Part shown: piece by piece, positions 35,450-49,614 of the stretch
How the letters are laid out: every line of letters starts with the position of its first letter
How positions within the stretch are numbered: the stretch's first letter is position 1
Origin: Schmidtea polychroa
Lineage: Eukaryota
DNA: 64,000 nt
Assembly (NCBI GenBank): GCA_044892525.1
Contig: CM097885.1
Span: 12,650,001-12,714,000, forward strand
Direction of reading: 5' to 3'
The notes under the pieces: generated by a model
What the model saw: only the letters and a program-made list of their open reading frames with translations
The model's database searches: none
What the model was told of the DNA's origin: nothing
Translations under genes and position numbers: made by a program

Positions 35450-35980
35450 GTATATAATAATAATAATATCTTCCACGCGTGCGTTAATATTTTTAAATTT
35501 AATAATGATTATAAATATTTCTATATCTCATTAAAAAGGTTTTGCACTGGGCTTTAAGATGAGCTATAGATCAATAAAATCTGTTGGTGGGAACATTAAT
35601 TTTTAGGATGAAAAAATGGTATGGGCCCTCTGGACCAATTAATAATATTTTGAAACATAATAATAATTTTACTTTGAAAAGATGGTGGTCATCAATTGTT
35701 AATAACATTAAAACTATTAAAGATATATAATATACATATAGTACATCTTAAAGGTCTTGCATTGGGCTTTAAGATGAGGTATCGTCCAATAAAATCTGTT
35801 GGCGGGAACATTAATTTTTGGGATGAAAAAAAGTATGGGCCCTCTGGACCAATTAATTTATAAAAAAAGACCTTGACCTTGACCTTTTATTTTTAAAAAA
35901 ATATTTCCCGGGGAGGGGAGAGGGGAGGGGTATATGTGGTTCAGAGGGCCCCTGGTCTGGATGGCCCCCTTCTATCTACT
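35450..35980. repeat. Probable right TIR region of Polinton A with ~100-bp direct duplication and (GACCTT)3
   Basis: Duplicated block at ~35542-35642 and ~35757-35856; GACCTT x3 at 35869-35886; terminus AGTAGATAG.. on minus strand; inner boundary uncertain. Confidence 0.55.
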
Positions 35981-36406
35981 GTCATTGTTAAATATATTTT
36001 TATAAAAAACTTAAATAATTCTGGAAGTTTAGGTCACCTCCTATTTTAGTTCTTTCATGTTTTGCTTTATGAGATTTGGAAATGTTTTTGTTACATGTTT
36101 CACAGAAATATTTGCATCACATTTTATAGATTAAAATATTAAAATATTTAAAAAAAATAAATTTCATTGGCTTATAAATTCTATTTTTTTAATATTTTCA
36201 ATTTTTATAATTTTTAATTTTTTTAATAAGAATTTTTTACTAATTAGAATATTTTTTTAATTTGAATATTCAACTAACATGTCATGAAATTGTTGATTAG
36301 ATTATTTATAGTTACTTAAATAATTCTATGCGTTAATATTTCGATAATTATATTCATGTATACGTAAATACAGAAATAGATTAAAATTTTTATATTTAAT
36401 AAACTA

Positions 36407-36604
36407 TAGTAGCGGTGAAATGAGCGCTGTAAGGCAGCGCGCCTGCGTTTTGCTGGTTGCACAAGTTCAATATCTTTCTAATTTGAAGTTTCAAACCAAC
36501 ATGTTGTAGAAATTGTTGGTTATTTCGATGATGTAAATGTATGTATACTTGCATTTTGCTGTGAGTCGGTGCGTTGGCTTACAATGCTCATTTCACCACT
36601 ACTA
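36407..36604. mobile_element. MITE-like element (~200 bp)
   Basis: ~37-bp imperfect TIRs TAGTAGCGGTGAAATGAGC.. / ..GCTCATTTCACCACTACTA. Confidence 0.7.
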
Positions 36605-39499
36605 AGGTATCTAAGGTATATATTTTTTAAATGGAAATACAAATAATCATGCATTTAAGGGTTAAGCCTAAAGTTAACATGATCTAGAATTCGATAAAAT
36701 CGTTTCGTTATGGGATAATAAGTATAACTTTGACTTGAATTCCAATATAACTTTAACAACGAGACGTATTAAGTAAGACGGGAGTTACTACCAACCGGTG
36801 GATAGCGAGCGAACTTAGAAGTTAACCGGAATGAGTTACAGTACGCTGAGGGATAAAAGAAGAAATATCTAACCCCACCTAAACCCATGAAAGATTGATC
36901 ATGTGTATGATTGATGTTTAGTGAGATAGATTATTTTCTTTATATAATTTATAGAAGATGCAAAAGAAAAACGCAATATCAGGCATCTAATGAGAATGAT
37001 TTTTTCTTAATTTGAATTAAATCTTTCTAACTTCTTTTAAAACTTTTTGTCGAAATTCCACATCTTCTTCTTCATTCTACCATTACTTGGATATAAGGAA
37101 GATTTTCAGTATCAATATTGGATTTTCATTTAATTCCCAATACTTTAATTCGTCTTCGCTTCGATATGCTAAACTGTTCTCACCGGATACATGATTTCTC
37201 ACTCTTAATAGAAGAATGGCTTTTCATCGAGACTTAAACTCCTATGCAAAAGACAGCCTAAAAACCTTTTTCATATTGACATAATTAATCGACCAAAAGT
37301 TTTGAGAACCAAATGAATATAAATATTTTTTTTATATTTATTTAACCCTTTAAGCTCGGAATAAAATTTCATAAAAAGTCAGGAAATATGTCAATAATCC
37401 GTCAAAATGAAAGTTAAAGATATAATTGTGATTTGAAAATTTGAAACACGTGTAGAATGACCAAGTGAACATAATACATTCAGCATATATCAAAAAAAAT
37501 ATTTTCCCGAAGTACAAACTAACGTCTATTCAATAGTATTCGGATTTATCCGCATCTCACATCTATAGTGTAAAACAAATAATTAAAAAAAAATAATTCA
37601 CTTCTTTGAAACAAAAATTTAAATTAATTCACTTATTTAAAGAAAAAAATAATTGAACTCCCGCAGAACATTTTCGAGGGATGTCTCAAGCCAAATATGC
37701 AACGGATCAAACTCCTTATTACACACTAGTAGCATTTTAGACTTTTATAACCTTCGGAACCTCTGAAGTCTCAAAATAAAATTTGCTTGACGAGGAATTC
37801 GATAAAACATCGGCTGAAGATAAAAAAATCAAGGTGATTTTATTATATTTGAATTTATATTATTAATTTTTTTGTATTTCAGGCTATTGTTAGAAAGGAA
37901 TCAGAGACGAAATTCATCCAAATTCAAAAAGGAGATAAATGCGACAATTCAACTAATATTACTGGGCACAGCCAATGTAAAATTTGTTCATTTGACCAAT
38001 CAGATAAAATCTAAAGGAATATAAATTTATTGATTATGACTATTGAAAACAATTAATAATAAAATATATTTTGTCACACAATAATATTATGTAATTAATA
38101 TAAATTTCGGATTTTAGTGAGAAAAAATAAAAATTCTTGAGAATAGAGATTTATTCAATATGAAAATGAGAATAAAAATAAGAATTATTTAAATTAAATT
38201 AAATTATTTTAATATTTCCTGCTAAATAGCTATCTTAATTTATGTGAAAATTTTAAAACATTTTAAATTCCCATCAAATAAATATCTAGAAAACTGAAAA
38301 GATCTGAAATTCTGTCAAAATAGACAAAGCCAATCTAAAACTTATATAAAAAATTTGAGATGTCATTTTATTATTGAAACGGCCGCTTTATTTGGTAAAT
38401 AGAAAATGTGGTAAATAAAATAAATTTTATTTTGAACCAATAGGATAAGCAGAAAATGTATAAAAATGATTTCACTTTCAACTATTTGAAACAGCAATGT
38501 AAATCATTAAATCAATAGCTTATGAAATATCGGAAATCGATAAAATTTCATAGAAAATCTAAATTTCACGCTTCGTTATTACTTTGACAAATATTTCCAA
38601 ATTTTGAGTTTATCTATAGGAAGCCCTTCAATGTTATAATAATAAAGTATTGAAATATTTCTCTATTTATTGTAAATTATTTTAAGCAATTTTTATTTAG
38701 AGTCAAGGGATAGTTATAGTTAATTTCAGCATTTGACAGTTTATTTTTATCATAATTAATTATATATTTATAGGGGATTTTATTATACAATGTCAAGAAC
38801 CTTATAGCATTAAATATTTGTCTTTTTATTGTAAATAAAATTTACATTATAGTAGCTGATAGTAATTAAATTATGATAATTTTTAGCTTTTATAGGTTAT
38901 TTTTATCATTGTAATTTAAAGGAGATTTATAGTTCGATAGCAATGAAGGTCTTTATAGAAAATAAATAAATATTAATTTAAAATATTATTTACTTAAAAA
39001 ATTTAAAAAAAACTTTCAAAACTTAAATATAATTATCGATGTTCTTTATATATCGATAATACAATTTTTATCATTGTATTTTAAAGAAAATTTTTGGTTC
39101 AATAAAAAATATAAATAATAATTTAAATATAAATAGTAATTATAAATAAATAGATTTTGAAAACAGTAAAATAATATGTAATTAATATAAAACGATAAAT
39201 ATTAATTTAAAAATTTAATTTAGAAAAAAAATATTTTTTATAGTAGATTTAAAAAAAATAAAATATTTTCAAGCATGTAAAATGGCTTTCAAACCAAATC
39301 CTGCAGGTCAATTTATTGCTTCACACTGACACCATTCACATCGATATGCACTGTTAAAATCAAAATTCTTTAAGGGGGTCTCACAAAAAAGCCAAATATC
39401 ATAAGTTTTGAGATTTCATTTAAACAAAATTATCTAAAATTCACAAACAATAAACACAAACATAAAGAAATATAAAATGAAAGAGTGACATTCAAATGA

Positions 39500-40975
39500 A
39501 TCTCACGTAGAAAATTTTCGCTTATAACAGATCTAATTTGGAAATGGTGTAAAATAAATATTTTATTATTGGTAGATAAATGTTGCCAAAATTGCATTTA
39601 TTTCATATTTTGTTAAAAGAAAAATATTTATTAAAAAATTTAAAAAAAATTGAATAAATATAAAAATAAATCAATACAAAGAAAACATTTATTTTGAACA
39701 AGTGACAAACATAAAGAAATGTAAAACGAAAGCGTTCAAATATTTGATAAACTCAGTGAAAATGAGAGAATATGTGACTCTAACAAAACGTTTTGATGTT
39801 GAAATGTTTATTGTTTCTATGGATATTGTTGTTGGGAATGTTATGAAGATTTCAAGGAACTCCTAAAGGTCGATTGGCCATTCAGAAAATCTGTCATTTA
39901 TATATTTTACATTTGCTAATTCTGTTTCAACTTGCCGAATTTCATTGGCGCATTTCGCCATTTCAAGCTGCAACTGAATCTCAAATTCAAACATTTCAAA
40001 TAATCAATAAATCACCTTTTCATTCTCCTGTTGCAGCCGCTGCTCGCATTTCTCTTTCATCTCATCAATTTGCTGTTGACATTTTGATTCAATCACATCA
40101 ATTTGCTGTCTGACCTGCTTTGCATCAATAATAAATCAATAACAAATCAAATCAATATACAAACTTGATTGATTGATCCAATATTTGTATCCATCTCCAT
40201 TCTCAATGAGCGATTCTCATTCTTCAATGCCACCATTTCCTCATTCAATTCTTCTATTTCTTCTCTGTTCTCCGCCTCTTTCCTTTCAACATTGCACAAT
40301 TTCACCTACAATCACAAAATATCAATAAAATTAATTACAAATAAAAATTACATGGATATAATCAAATTGTTGTTTGAATTGCGTCATTTCTCCTTTCAAT
40401 TCGGTAATTTCGTTATGCAATCTCACATTCTCATCTCTCATTGATTGCATTCCATTGCATAAATTACTGATGTGATCGATCAATAATTTGCTATGGGCTT
40501 CATTGTTCTCATTGAGATGGACTTTCATTTCGTCCTTATCCACCTCATTCGTTTCGCATCCAATTCTATTGAACGGACATCTGATTGGTTGCTTGTTGCA
40601 TGTTCTCATGTGGCTCTCCATCATGCACAACTCGGTTTTCAATTCACAATTTTGCATTGGGCATTTTACAATAACTTCAGATATTTTTAAATTGGCTACA
40701 TGATCCACAGAAACATCATTAGTGAAAAGAATCGTTTGAACTTGACAATATTTTGCTGCTCCTGGACAGAATTTATCTTTTCCATCCAAATAATGTTCAA
40801 TGCAATCAGAACAAAAGCGACAACCGCAAGGAGCTTGGCAAGCTTTTATCATTAAACATTTGCAGATTTTGCATATCAATTCACTGCTGATTTCATTATC
40901 AAATTCAAATTTATTTCTCTTCATTATTTCCCATACATTTGCAAACATTTTATCTAAAATTAACAAAATTATCAA
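39500..40975 (-). pseudogene. Host-type TRAF-like gene (RING, TRAF zinc finger, coiled coil); downstream exons appear degenerate
   Basis: LICKICKCLMIKACQAPCGCRFCSDC, VKCPMQNC, HMRTC..QPIRCPFNRIGC in ORF 40331..40975; GT-AG introns and coiled-coil exons follow; no intact MATH found; 3' boundary approximate. Confidence 0.7.
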
Positions 40976-42399
40976 AATATTTCAACATTTTTCCTCTGGC
41001 GTTTACAATTACAATATTTATAATTTGTATTTGAGCGCAATTTAAAATATTTTTTTATTTTAATGTTAATTTTCAGTGTTTTTCTCATTTATTTTAAATC
41101 ATACAAAATTATTTAAATTAAAATTTGATAACAAAACGTAAAATTTCTATGGAAAATAAAATAACATTTTGTAACGGAGAATCCAAATTAATAATAGATC
41201 AAAATATAAAATCAAATATTTTCATAAATAAAATTTATTTGAACAGATTAAAAAGGAATTCAAAATCATCAGAGCAAAAATCGAAATTCAAATAAAATTA
41301 ATATTATGAGAACTTTTTTTCCAATTTCACCATTGATTTTGTTCCATTGAATTTATTAAAGAGCTTGAATACTATAAATCAGTAAATATCGATGCTTTTG
41401 ATATATTTACTCATTTATAGTCTTCAAGAACTTTTTAATAAAATCAATATTGTTTTTTCAAATAATTTTCAACAAAATTTTTCATTAATTTTTAAAGAAA
41501 AAATTGTTTAAGATTTGAATAACATTTTACTGGGTAACGCTAAACGGGTTATTAATGTATTCAGAAATTGTGGGGTTTCGGCCTTTGATCTCATGATCTC
41601 GTTATGGTTATAAATATTGGGAATGATCCATAATTGGATAAGGATATTTCACTCATCCAAATATTAGAATATAATTCACTCAGAACATTTAATCTAAATC
41701 TTGTATCAAGAATTTTATGAAATAATTAAAATAAGTCAATCGGGAAAATGAAAGTTTGTAGTAAAATGAATAAATAAATAAAATATTAATATCTGTAAAA
41801 ATGTTAAAAATCTAAAAATTTTATCAGATAGTTCAAATCAATAAATCAATTAAATATTTCATTATTAAAATATTTCAAAGTGTTTCAACATTTATCAATC
41901 ATAAATATAAATAATAATTATTTTCTCTTACTTTTGAAATTTCAATATTTAAAATGTTTTTTGATGTAGATAAACAAACATTTTATAAATATTGGTTTTT
42001 AGCAAAAAAATAAGACTAATGTTAATTTTTCAATTTTTTTCTTATTTATTTGTAACTTAATTTCTAAAATTTTTGTTAAAAATCAAAACTAATATTTTTA
42101 TATATCTTCCAAAATTATTTAAATCAAAATTTGAAAACAGTAAAAATTTATGAGAAATCGTATCAAATGAATAACTGTGTAATAAATGCTAAATTATTTT
42201 GTGTTATTTATTTATAAATGGCAATTACTAAATCTGTGTGTGTGTGTGCTAGACCTAGCCCCAATATACGAACCTATCACTATTGATTTCAATGATAAAG
42301 ATAAATGCATTCAGTGCAAGATATCAAACTCATTATTGGGCGCCCTTGGATAGATAAATATTTTTAGCAATATTAATAATCTATAATTATAAAAGATGA

Positions 42400-43646
42400 C
42401 GATGCCAGCTTCTAGAGCTTTGATTACGAATCGAATGATTTACAAATACTTTTGTTTCAATGTTAAATATTTGAGGTGAAAGCTGCAAACCAAAAAAATC
42501 AATATATTTGATCAATATCAATATTTCAACTTTATTGATCATGTAGACAATTTATTTAATTTCGAATATTTATTAAATACTGATTTTAGAGTGTAAAATT
42601 GAACCATCAATATTTCTAGATCTGGATTGCTTTGATTGTTGGCAAATTGAATATACTGATTAATCAATATTTCCTATAAAACATATTTAATCATGTTGCG
42701 GGGCCCGAAATCTGTCGAGTTAATCATTTGTAAATTACAAAAATTGCAGATCGATAATCAAATGACCAGCACGAATCAACAAAGAATTGATTATATTCAC
42801 ATTAGGAAATTAGGACATTTTAGCACTTGATTGCACACTTGTGCACTCAAAATATTCAACTAAAATTCAATTTTACATGTAAACATCATTTTTTCACTAT
42901 TTCACTTTAATCAATATATTTATAATTGATAAATATAAATAATAATAGCATTTTGTCTAAAAGTCATGGTGGACTGCCATCATATTTCCAGCTTCTATGG
43001 CTTTGATTACGAATCGAATCTATCTACAAATTGTTTTGTCTATATGTTAATTATTTGAGGTGAAAAAGCTGCAAACCAAAAAAATCAATATATTTGATTA
43101 ATATCAATATTTCAACTTGATTATATAGATAATTTCATTTGATTTTAAATATTTATTAAATACTGATTTTTGAGTGCAAAATTAAACCATCAATATTTCT
43201 AGATAATTATTATACCATCTTGACAGGCAATTTATTACGAGTGTAACGATATGGAGATTATTTATCTGGATGGCTTTGATTGTTGGCAAATTGAATATAC
43301 TGATTAATCAATATTTCCTGTAAAACATTTATTCGTGTTGCGGGGCCCATATCTTATAGTCAAATGTTGTATAGTTGGTAGGAAATCTGTAGAGTAGATC
43401 ATTTTTAAATTACGAAAATTGCAGATCGATAATCAAATGCCCAACACGAATCAACAAAGAATTGATTATATTCGCATTAGGAAATATTTTTGGACATTTT
43501 AGCACTTGATTGCACACTTGGCCACTCAAAATATTCAACTAAAATTCAATATTACATGTAAACATCATTTTTACACTATTTCACTTTAATCAATATATTT
43601 ATAATTGATAAATATAAATAATAGCATTTTGTCACAAAGTCATAAT
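42400..43646. repeat. Tandem duplication of a ~600-bp unit
   Basis: CCAGCTTCTA..GCTTTGATTACGAATCGAAT at ~42405 and ~42988, with colinear similarity thereafter. Confidence 0.9.
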
Positions 43647-44470
43647 AGTAGTGTGTATATATACCCAACCAACACAACCCTCCCAACTAAAACATACCTC
43701 CATTATGCTTAAACCATTAGAAAAACAACATAAAACCTATACTTTTATAGTATTTTAACCCCATATTTTAAACAACAACCACCCTTAATCTTTAAAGCCT
43801 CAAACTCAAAAGCTTCAAACTAAAAAGAGAATAGAAAAGAAAATGGCATTATGAAAAAGTTAGAGGGCTATTTGATCTTTATCAGATTATTGAATTTAAA
43901 TTATATAAATTAAAAAATAAATGAAAAATAGTAAAACTGCTCTGAGGAGACAGTGGTATTTTTATTTTTTTTTTCACTGTCCCCTCAACAGTTTTTTTTG
44001 ATCCGGATCATTTTTTTATTTATCAACCTCTTTCGTTTATCGAATCTCTTCCAATATACAAGCTGGCCAGACTCATACATCAGAATCAATCCGATAATAG
44101 CAGCACACCTTATTATTCGCTTCTCGCTCGAATACGATTTCATCGGCGTTTTAAGTGTGCTGCTCGAAAGTACAAATGAATTCGAAAGTGAATCCGAAAG
44201 AGGTCCGAAAACAACTGAGAAATAAATGTGCACATTAAAGAATCGATCCGGGGGTGTTCGAAAGACAGGTGGCGATAATTACCGGTTCGCCACCATCACC
44301 CGTTTCAATAATTTTTTTTTCATATTTATGTTTAAAAAATAAAATAATTAATAAAATAAATAAAATAAAATAAAAATAAATAAAATATACAACTACTTTA
44401 TAAATCTAAGATACCCACACTATTATTTTCAAATTTTTAATATTATTTTATGTTGAAAAAAAAACTAACC
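43647..44470 (+). repeat. Left TIR of Polinton B
   Basis: Near-identical reverse complement of ~57748-58567. Confidence 0.95.
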
Positions 44471-44539
44471 TCAGATGTGATTTGAACCGCTAGCATTTTG
44501 AACCACTGTGCCAGTCTATTCCCATTGCGCCATCAAGGT
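44468..44539 (-). ncRNA. tRNA-like Pol III unit (left)
   Basis: A box TGGCGCAATGG at position 8, B box GGTTCAAATC, followed by a T-run. Confidence 0.6.
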
Positions 44540-44643
44540 TTGAATTTTTGTCATTTTTTAAATTTTTATTATAAAAAATGAATAATATAAATCTTAAAAA
44601 ATAAAATGAAAACAGGGTATCCAATAAAAAATTTTTTCTAAAA

Positions 44644-47600
44644 ATGAATTGTAATATTTGCAATAAAGTTTTTAAAAATAAAACTGGATTAATTTCTCAC
44701 TTAAAATCGAAAGCTCATTTATTAAAAGAAAATAATCTTAATGATACAAATTCAAAACTTTGTCTTAAATGTAAAGGAAGATTTCTACATTCTGGATATA
44801 ATAAACATTTTGAAAATTGTATCGGGAAAAATAGAGAAATATTTACATGTCCTCATTGTAACTTTTCAACAAAACTAAATTTCTATTATTTAGAACATAT
44901 AAAAGAATGTAAAAATAAAAAACAAAATTCTGACGATGAGGAATGTCATTCAGAAGGAGAACCTGATCATGTTGAAAGAGAAAAATATAACTGGGATAAT
45001 TTTAATCATATAAATGAATTTCAATTAAAAATTAATGGGCCTGCAACTCCTGGAGAATATATAAATAAAAATAAAAAAAATATTAAAAATTCTTTCACTG
45101 AAGCTTTTAAAAATTATAAACCGACAAGGTATAATGTTATAAAATATAAAATTATAATCAAAGCAAAATACTGGCGAGGAGCAGAAGAAAAGACAACACC
45201 CTTAGATGTTGAAATTGGAATACCTTTTAAATATTTATTTTCAATTAAAGGATTTGATAAAACCATCAAAGAAATAATTAAAGCAGCAGAAGCAAAACAA
45301 GAGGAAGTAGAAAATGAATTAGGAGATTCAAACTTAGTATTCAACTCTTTCCAAACTTTAGTGATTGATTATTGGAGAGGATTACCACCCAATCCTAAAT
45401 CTTATATTCCTACACCCTTTAAATCTAAAAATGTTATAAATGTACAGAATAATGATAACAAATGTTTCATCTGGTCAATACTTGCACATTTACATCCTCA
45501 AGCAACAAATCCCCAAAGAGTTTCAAAATACAAACAATATGAAAATGAATTAATATTTCCCAAAGGATTCAAACACCCAATGAAACTAGAAGACATTCCA
45601 GAATTTGAAAAATTAAATAATCTTAAACTTAATATTTATGAACATGTTATAGGGAAAGAAATTATTCCAATTTATATTTCAGATAGTGGAACCAAGGATA
45701 ACGGAGCACAGGACAACGAGATATATCTTTTAATCTTGGAACAAGAAAATAATCAACATTATGTTTTAATAAAAAACTTTCAAGCTTTTACATCTCCAGA
45801 GAATCCAACTAGTGGAGGAGGAACATGTAAAAGATGTCTTCATTATTCAACAACTAAAAACTCTATGATTAAACATACAAGATTTTGTGAAAAAGATGAA
45901 CCAGCTTTAATTAAAATGCCTAATAATCCCAAGATGTATTTTAAAAACTTTTCAAATTTACTACAAACAGTTGGAGTTCTTTATGGTGACTTTGAATCTA
46001 TAAACCATAAACAAGATTTGGTTTATCAATATTTAAAAATAATAGAAAAAAATAAACTCATGGATTTATGGAACTCCTCAGGAGAGAAGATGAAACCAGA
46101 GAGGATGAAAGCCTTTCTAAGAAAAAGGAATAAACCTAATAGTGTTAAAAAAACTAAACAATTACCATCTGCTTATAAATTATTATTAAAAAGTAATTAT
46201 CCTGAACTCATAGAATCTAGAGAATATTCAATTCTAGGAGGTACCCCTGAAGAAGTCTTGAATCATTTTACTAAAAATATAAATGATCTAGAACATGAAA
46301 TATTTAAAATATTAAAAACAAAGTATCCTCAAAATATTTCTAATCAACAACAACAAGAATATGAAAATACTTCCAACTGTTGGATGTGTAAACAGAATAT
46401 TCTTCCTGATGAAAAAGTTATAGATCATGATCATTTAAAAAAGGAAAATAATTATCGAGGAGCAGCTCATAAAAATTGCAATCTTAATTGCCATACTCCT
46501 AAATTTATACCTGTTATATTTCATAATCTTTTTGGATATGACATACATCTATTTATTAAACATTTAGCAGCAAATGCTAAAAACTCTTTCAAAGTTATCG
46601 GCTTAACAAAGGAAAAATATAAATCAGTTGAATATGGAAAATTAAAATTTATAGACTCGTTAAACTTTCTTCAAATGTCTCTAGATGGAATAGCTAAAAC
46701 AATGAAACCAGAAGATTTTAAAATCAATCGAGAATTCTTGGAAAAAAATAATATTCCTCTAGAAGAATATCCTACATGTTTAGCAAAAGGAATATATCCT
46801 TATGACTATGTTGACTCGTTTGAAAGATATAATGAAACAAGTCTTCCTAACAAAGAAGATTTCTTTTCAAACTTACTACAATCAGGGATTACAGATCAAG
46901 AATATTCTCGAGCATTAAAAATGTGGGAATTATTCAAGTGTAAAACTTTAGGAGAATATACCAACATGTATTTATCCTTAGATGTTTATATTCTAGCAGA
47001 TTGCTTTGAAGAATTTACAAACTCTTTTGTTCTTAAACCTTATAATTATATAACTGCACCCTCTTTAGCTTGGGATACTATGTTATATACCATTTGGACT
47101 TCAAATATAGAAGATGCTGATAAAATTATAGATCTTTAAACTAAGCTCGATATGTTTAACCAAATTAAAACAAACATTAGAGGAGGAGTCTCTTCAGTAA
47201 TGGGGAATAGAGAAATAAAAGCTAGAAATGCAATAACTACTAGCCGAAGACTCTCTAAACACCCTGATGATCCATATATGAAAATTAACAATGAGGAATT
47301 AAAAGAATTATTAGAAACAATGAAAAATCCTATATTTATACTTTATATAGATGCAACAGCTTTATATTCAGGAATTATGACTCAATATTTACCAATGAGT
47401 GATTTCACTGAAATAGAGAACCCAACAGATGACCTTATGAAAGAAATACTTTCAACATCGAAAGATTCTCCAATAGGTTACTTTATAGAATGTGACCTCG
47501 ACTATCCAGATGATATAAAATCAGGAACAAGATATTTTCCTTTAGCTCCCATAAGAAGAAAGATTGATATCAACGAACTTTCTGAATGGCAAATCTCACA

Positions 47601-48924
47601 AGATAAACCTCCAACAATGAAACTTCTTTGTGATCAAACAGATCGAAGGTTTTATCTTTGTCACTATAGACTCCTCCAATTTTATCTCTCACGAGGAATG
47701 ATATTAAAAAAAGTTCATAGTGTCATAAGATTTAAACAAGCTCCATTCATGAAAGCTTTTATCGAGGAGAACATTAGGTGCCGAAACATTGCAAAAAGAG
47801 AAGGTAATCTTTTTAAAGATAATAATTATAAACTTTTAAACAATTCAGTCTTTGGGAAAACAATGGAGAATGTTGATAAATATACTCATATTGAACTCCT
47901 AACAAATACTACCAAAGATATTAAGCGTTATAATCGTATGCTAGGAAAGCCCACATTTAAAAACGCACAAGTATTTTATGAAAGTCTTACTGCAGTAGAA
48001 CTAAAGAATTTTGAGAAAACATATAATAAACCAATATTTATAGGGTTTTCAATTTTAGAACTTTCAAAATTACAAATGTATGAAACATATTATAACATCT
48101 TACAACCTATATACGGAGCAAATATATCAATGCATGCAATGGATACAGATTCAATGTTTTTAACCATAAGAACTCATGATTTACAAAGTGATATAGCTGA
48201 AAATCCTATACTTTCAAATTTAATAAATTCATCTGGAGAACTTTTTTCATTTAAAGATGAAAAACCAAATACTCCTATAGAAAATGGAATATTTATTCGT
48301 GCTAAACAATATTCATACGAAACATTTACAAATCCTGAATTTATAACTAGATCATTTATATTTAAAACTCCAGAAACAGAATAAACCATTTCACATAGAT
48401 ATCCTATATTTCCTAAAGAAGAAAAACCCGTAAAGGATAACAGATGTAAAGGAATACAGAAATCAGTTGCAAAGAATCTTTCTCATCAAGATTATATAGA
48501 TACATTGAATCCAAATCATAAAGATAAAATTGATGAAATACATCAACTTAAAAGTGAAAACCATGATATTCACTTGATAGAATCTCAAAAAGTATCATTA
48601 TCAAATTATGATGATAAGAGATTCATACTAAGTGATTTAAAGACAACTCTACCTATTGGAAATAATTTAATCCCTATAATAAAAAATCTAGAAAAGTTGA
48701 ATAAGTTATATGATACAAAGATTACTGATCTTGATATTTATAATGTTGAAATTATTTATCCCGAGAGAGAAATCGAGAAACCTTTATATTCTCAAGTTTT
48801 TAATCCTATATGTTTAGAACTTAAATATTTTAATACTGATCCTGAATATATAAAAGGTCTAAGTGATAAAGAATTTAAAGATCATAAATTAATGATTCAT
48901 AGGTTGGCTTTCAACCATAACTGA
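44644..48924 (+). pseudogene. Polinton pPolB with N-terminal zinc fingers; two in-frame TAA stops (47137, 48382)
   Basis: CNIC...HLKSKAH, YGDFES, DHDH, FHNLFGYD, KGIYPY, YIDATALY, NNSVFGKT, DTDS, DDKR; three ORFs in one frame. Confidence 0.96.
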
Positions 48925-49027
48925 AACCAACGATATTTAATAATAAAATGTCGACAATTAATTTAAGCAACTATAGCAACCTGATCTACTTTTTTAAAAA
49001 TACACCCATTTTATAAGTAAGAATTCT

Positions 49028-49606
49028 TTAACCATTTTTCTCGAGATCTTTTTTATTACTTATAACATTAGCCACCATGCCCTCCCTTTTTAATCTTATA
49101 ACCTCATTCTTTATATCTTGTATTATTTGATTTGATTTCATTATTTCTTCGTCTGTCAGGATTCCATCTTCCAAAGCTTTTAATTGAAATAAAAATAATT
49201 TAGAGATTCCTAATTCTATTGATAAACAAACTTCTCTATATAAACTTTTCTTTTTAGAAGTATAAGATAATGAAACTATTTCAGTTAAGAAACCATCAGC
49301 CACAGAAATACTTCCAAGTATTACAGGTGCAAGAGTAACAACTGGTAAAGTTATGGGTAAAATAACTGTTAATATTGCAGATGCAAATCCTAAAGAATAA
49401 CCTATAACTTTTAAAACTGTATTCCCTTTATTCCATCTATTTTTAATTTTTTTATAATGCTTTAATAAATCTTGTAAATGTAAGGTTTCTGATTTAAATT
49501 CTTTTACTCTCATAATTTCAAGTTCTGTGGGAGCCGAGGCCTTGGAAGAATAATATCCTGATGATCTCAATTCTGGGTAAATTTTTTCTTCTCTTACTTC
49601 TTCCAT
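49028..49606 (-). CDS. Polinton membrane protein
   Basis: 192 aa with hydrophobic hairpin VIGYSLGFASAILTVILPITLPVVTLAPVILG. Confidence 0.7.
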   Translation of the reverse strand: MEEVREEKIYPELRSSGYYSSKASAPTELEIMRVKEFKSETLHLQDLLKHYKKIKNRWNKGNTVLKVIGYSLGFASAILTVILPITLPVVTLAPVILGSISVADGFLTEIVSLSYTSKKKSLYREVCLSIELGISKLFLFQLKALEDGILTDEEIMKSNQIIQDIKNEVIRLKREGMVANVISNKKDLEKNG

Positions 49607-49614
49607 TTTAATAA

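Larger units (their letters stand above)
23812..35980 (+). mobile_element. Left-truncated, decayed Polinton/Maverick (element A)
   Basis: Minor capsid, small basic ORF, major capsid, adenain protease and pPolB on one strand; right end ...CTATCTACT (AGTAG- on minus) at 35980. Confidence 0.8.

Noticed and set aside
36650..37360. piggyBac-like ends AAGGG-TTAA (~36657) and TTAA-CCCTT (~37342)
   Set aside because: They face away from each other and no partner ends or transposase were identified
43953..44233. Short ORFs within the TIRs (mirrored at 57983-58293)
   Set aside because: No recognisable motifs; duplicated only because they lie in the TIR; a spliced gene cannot be excluded
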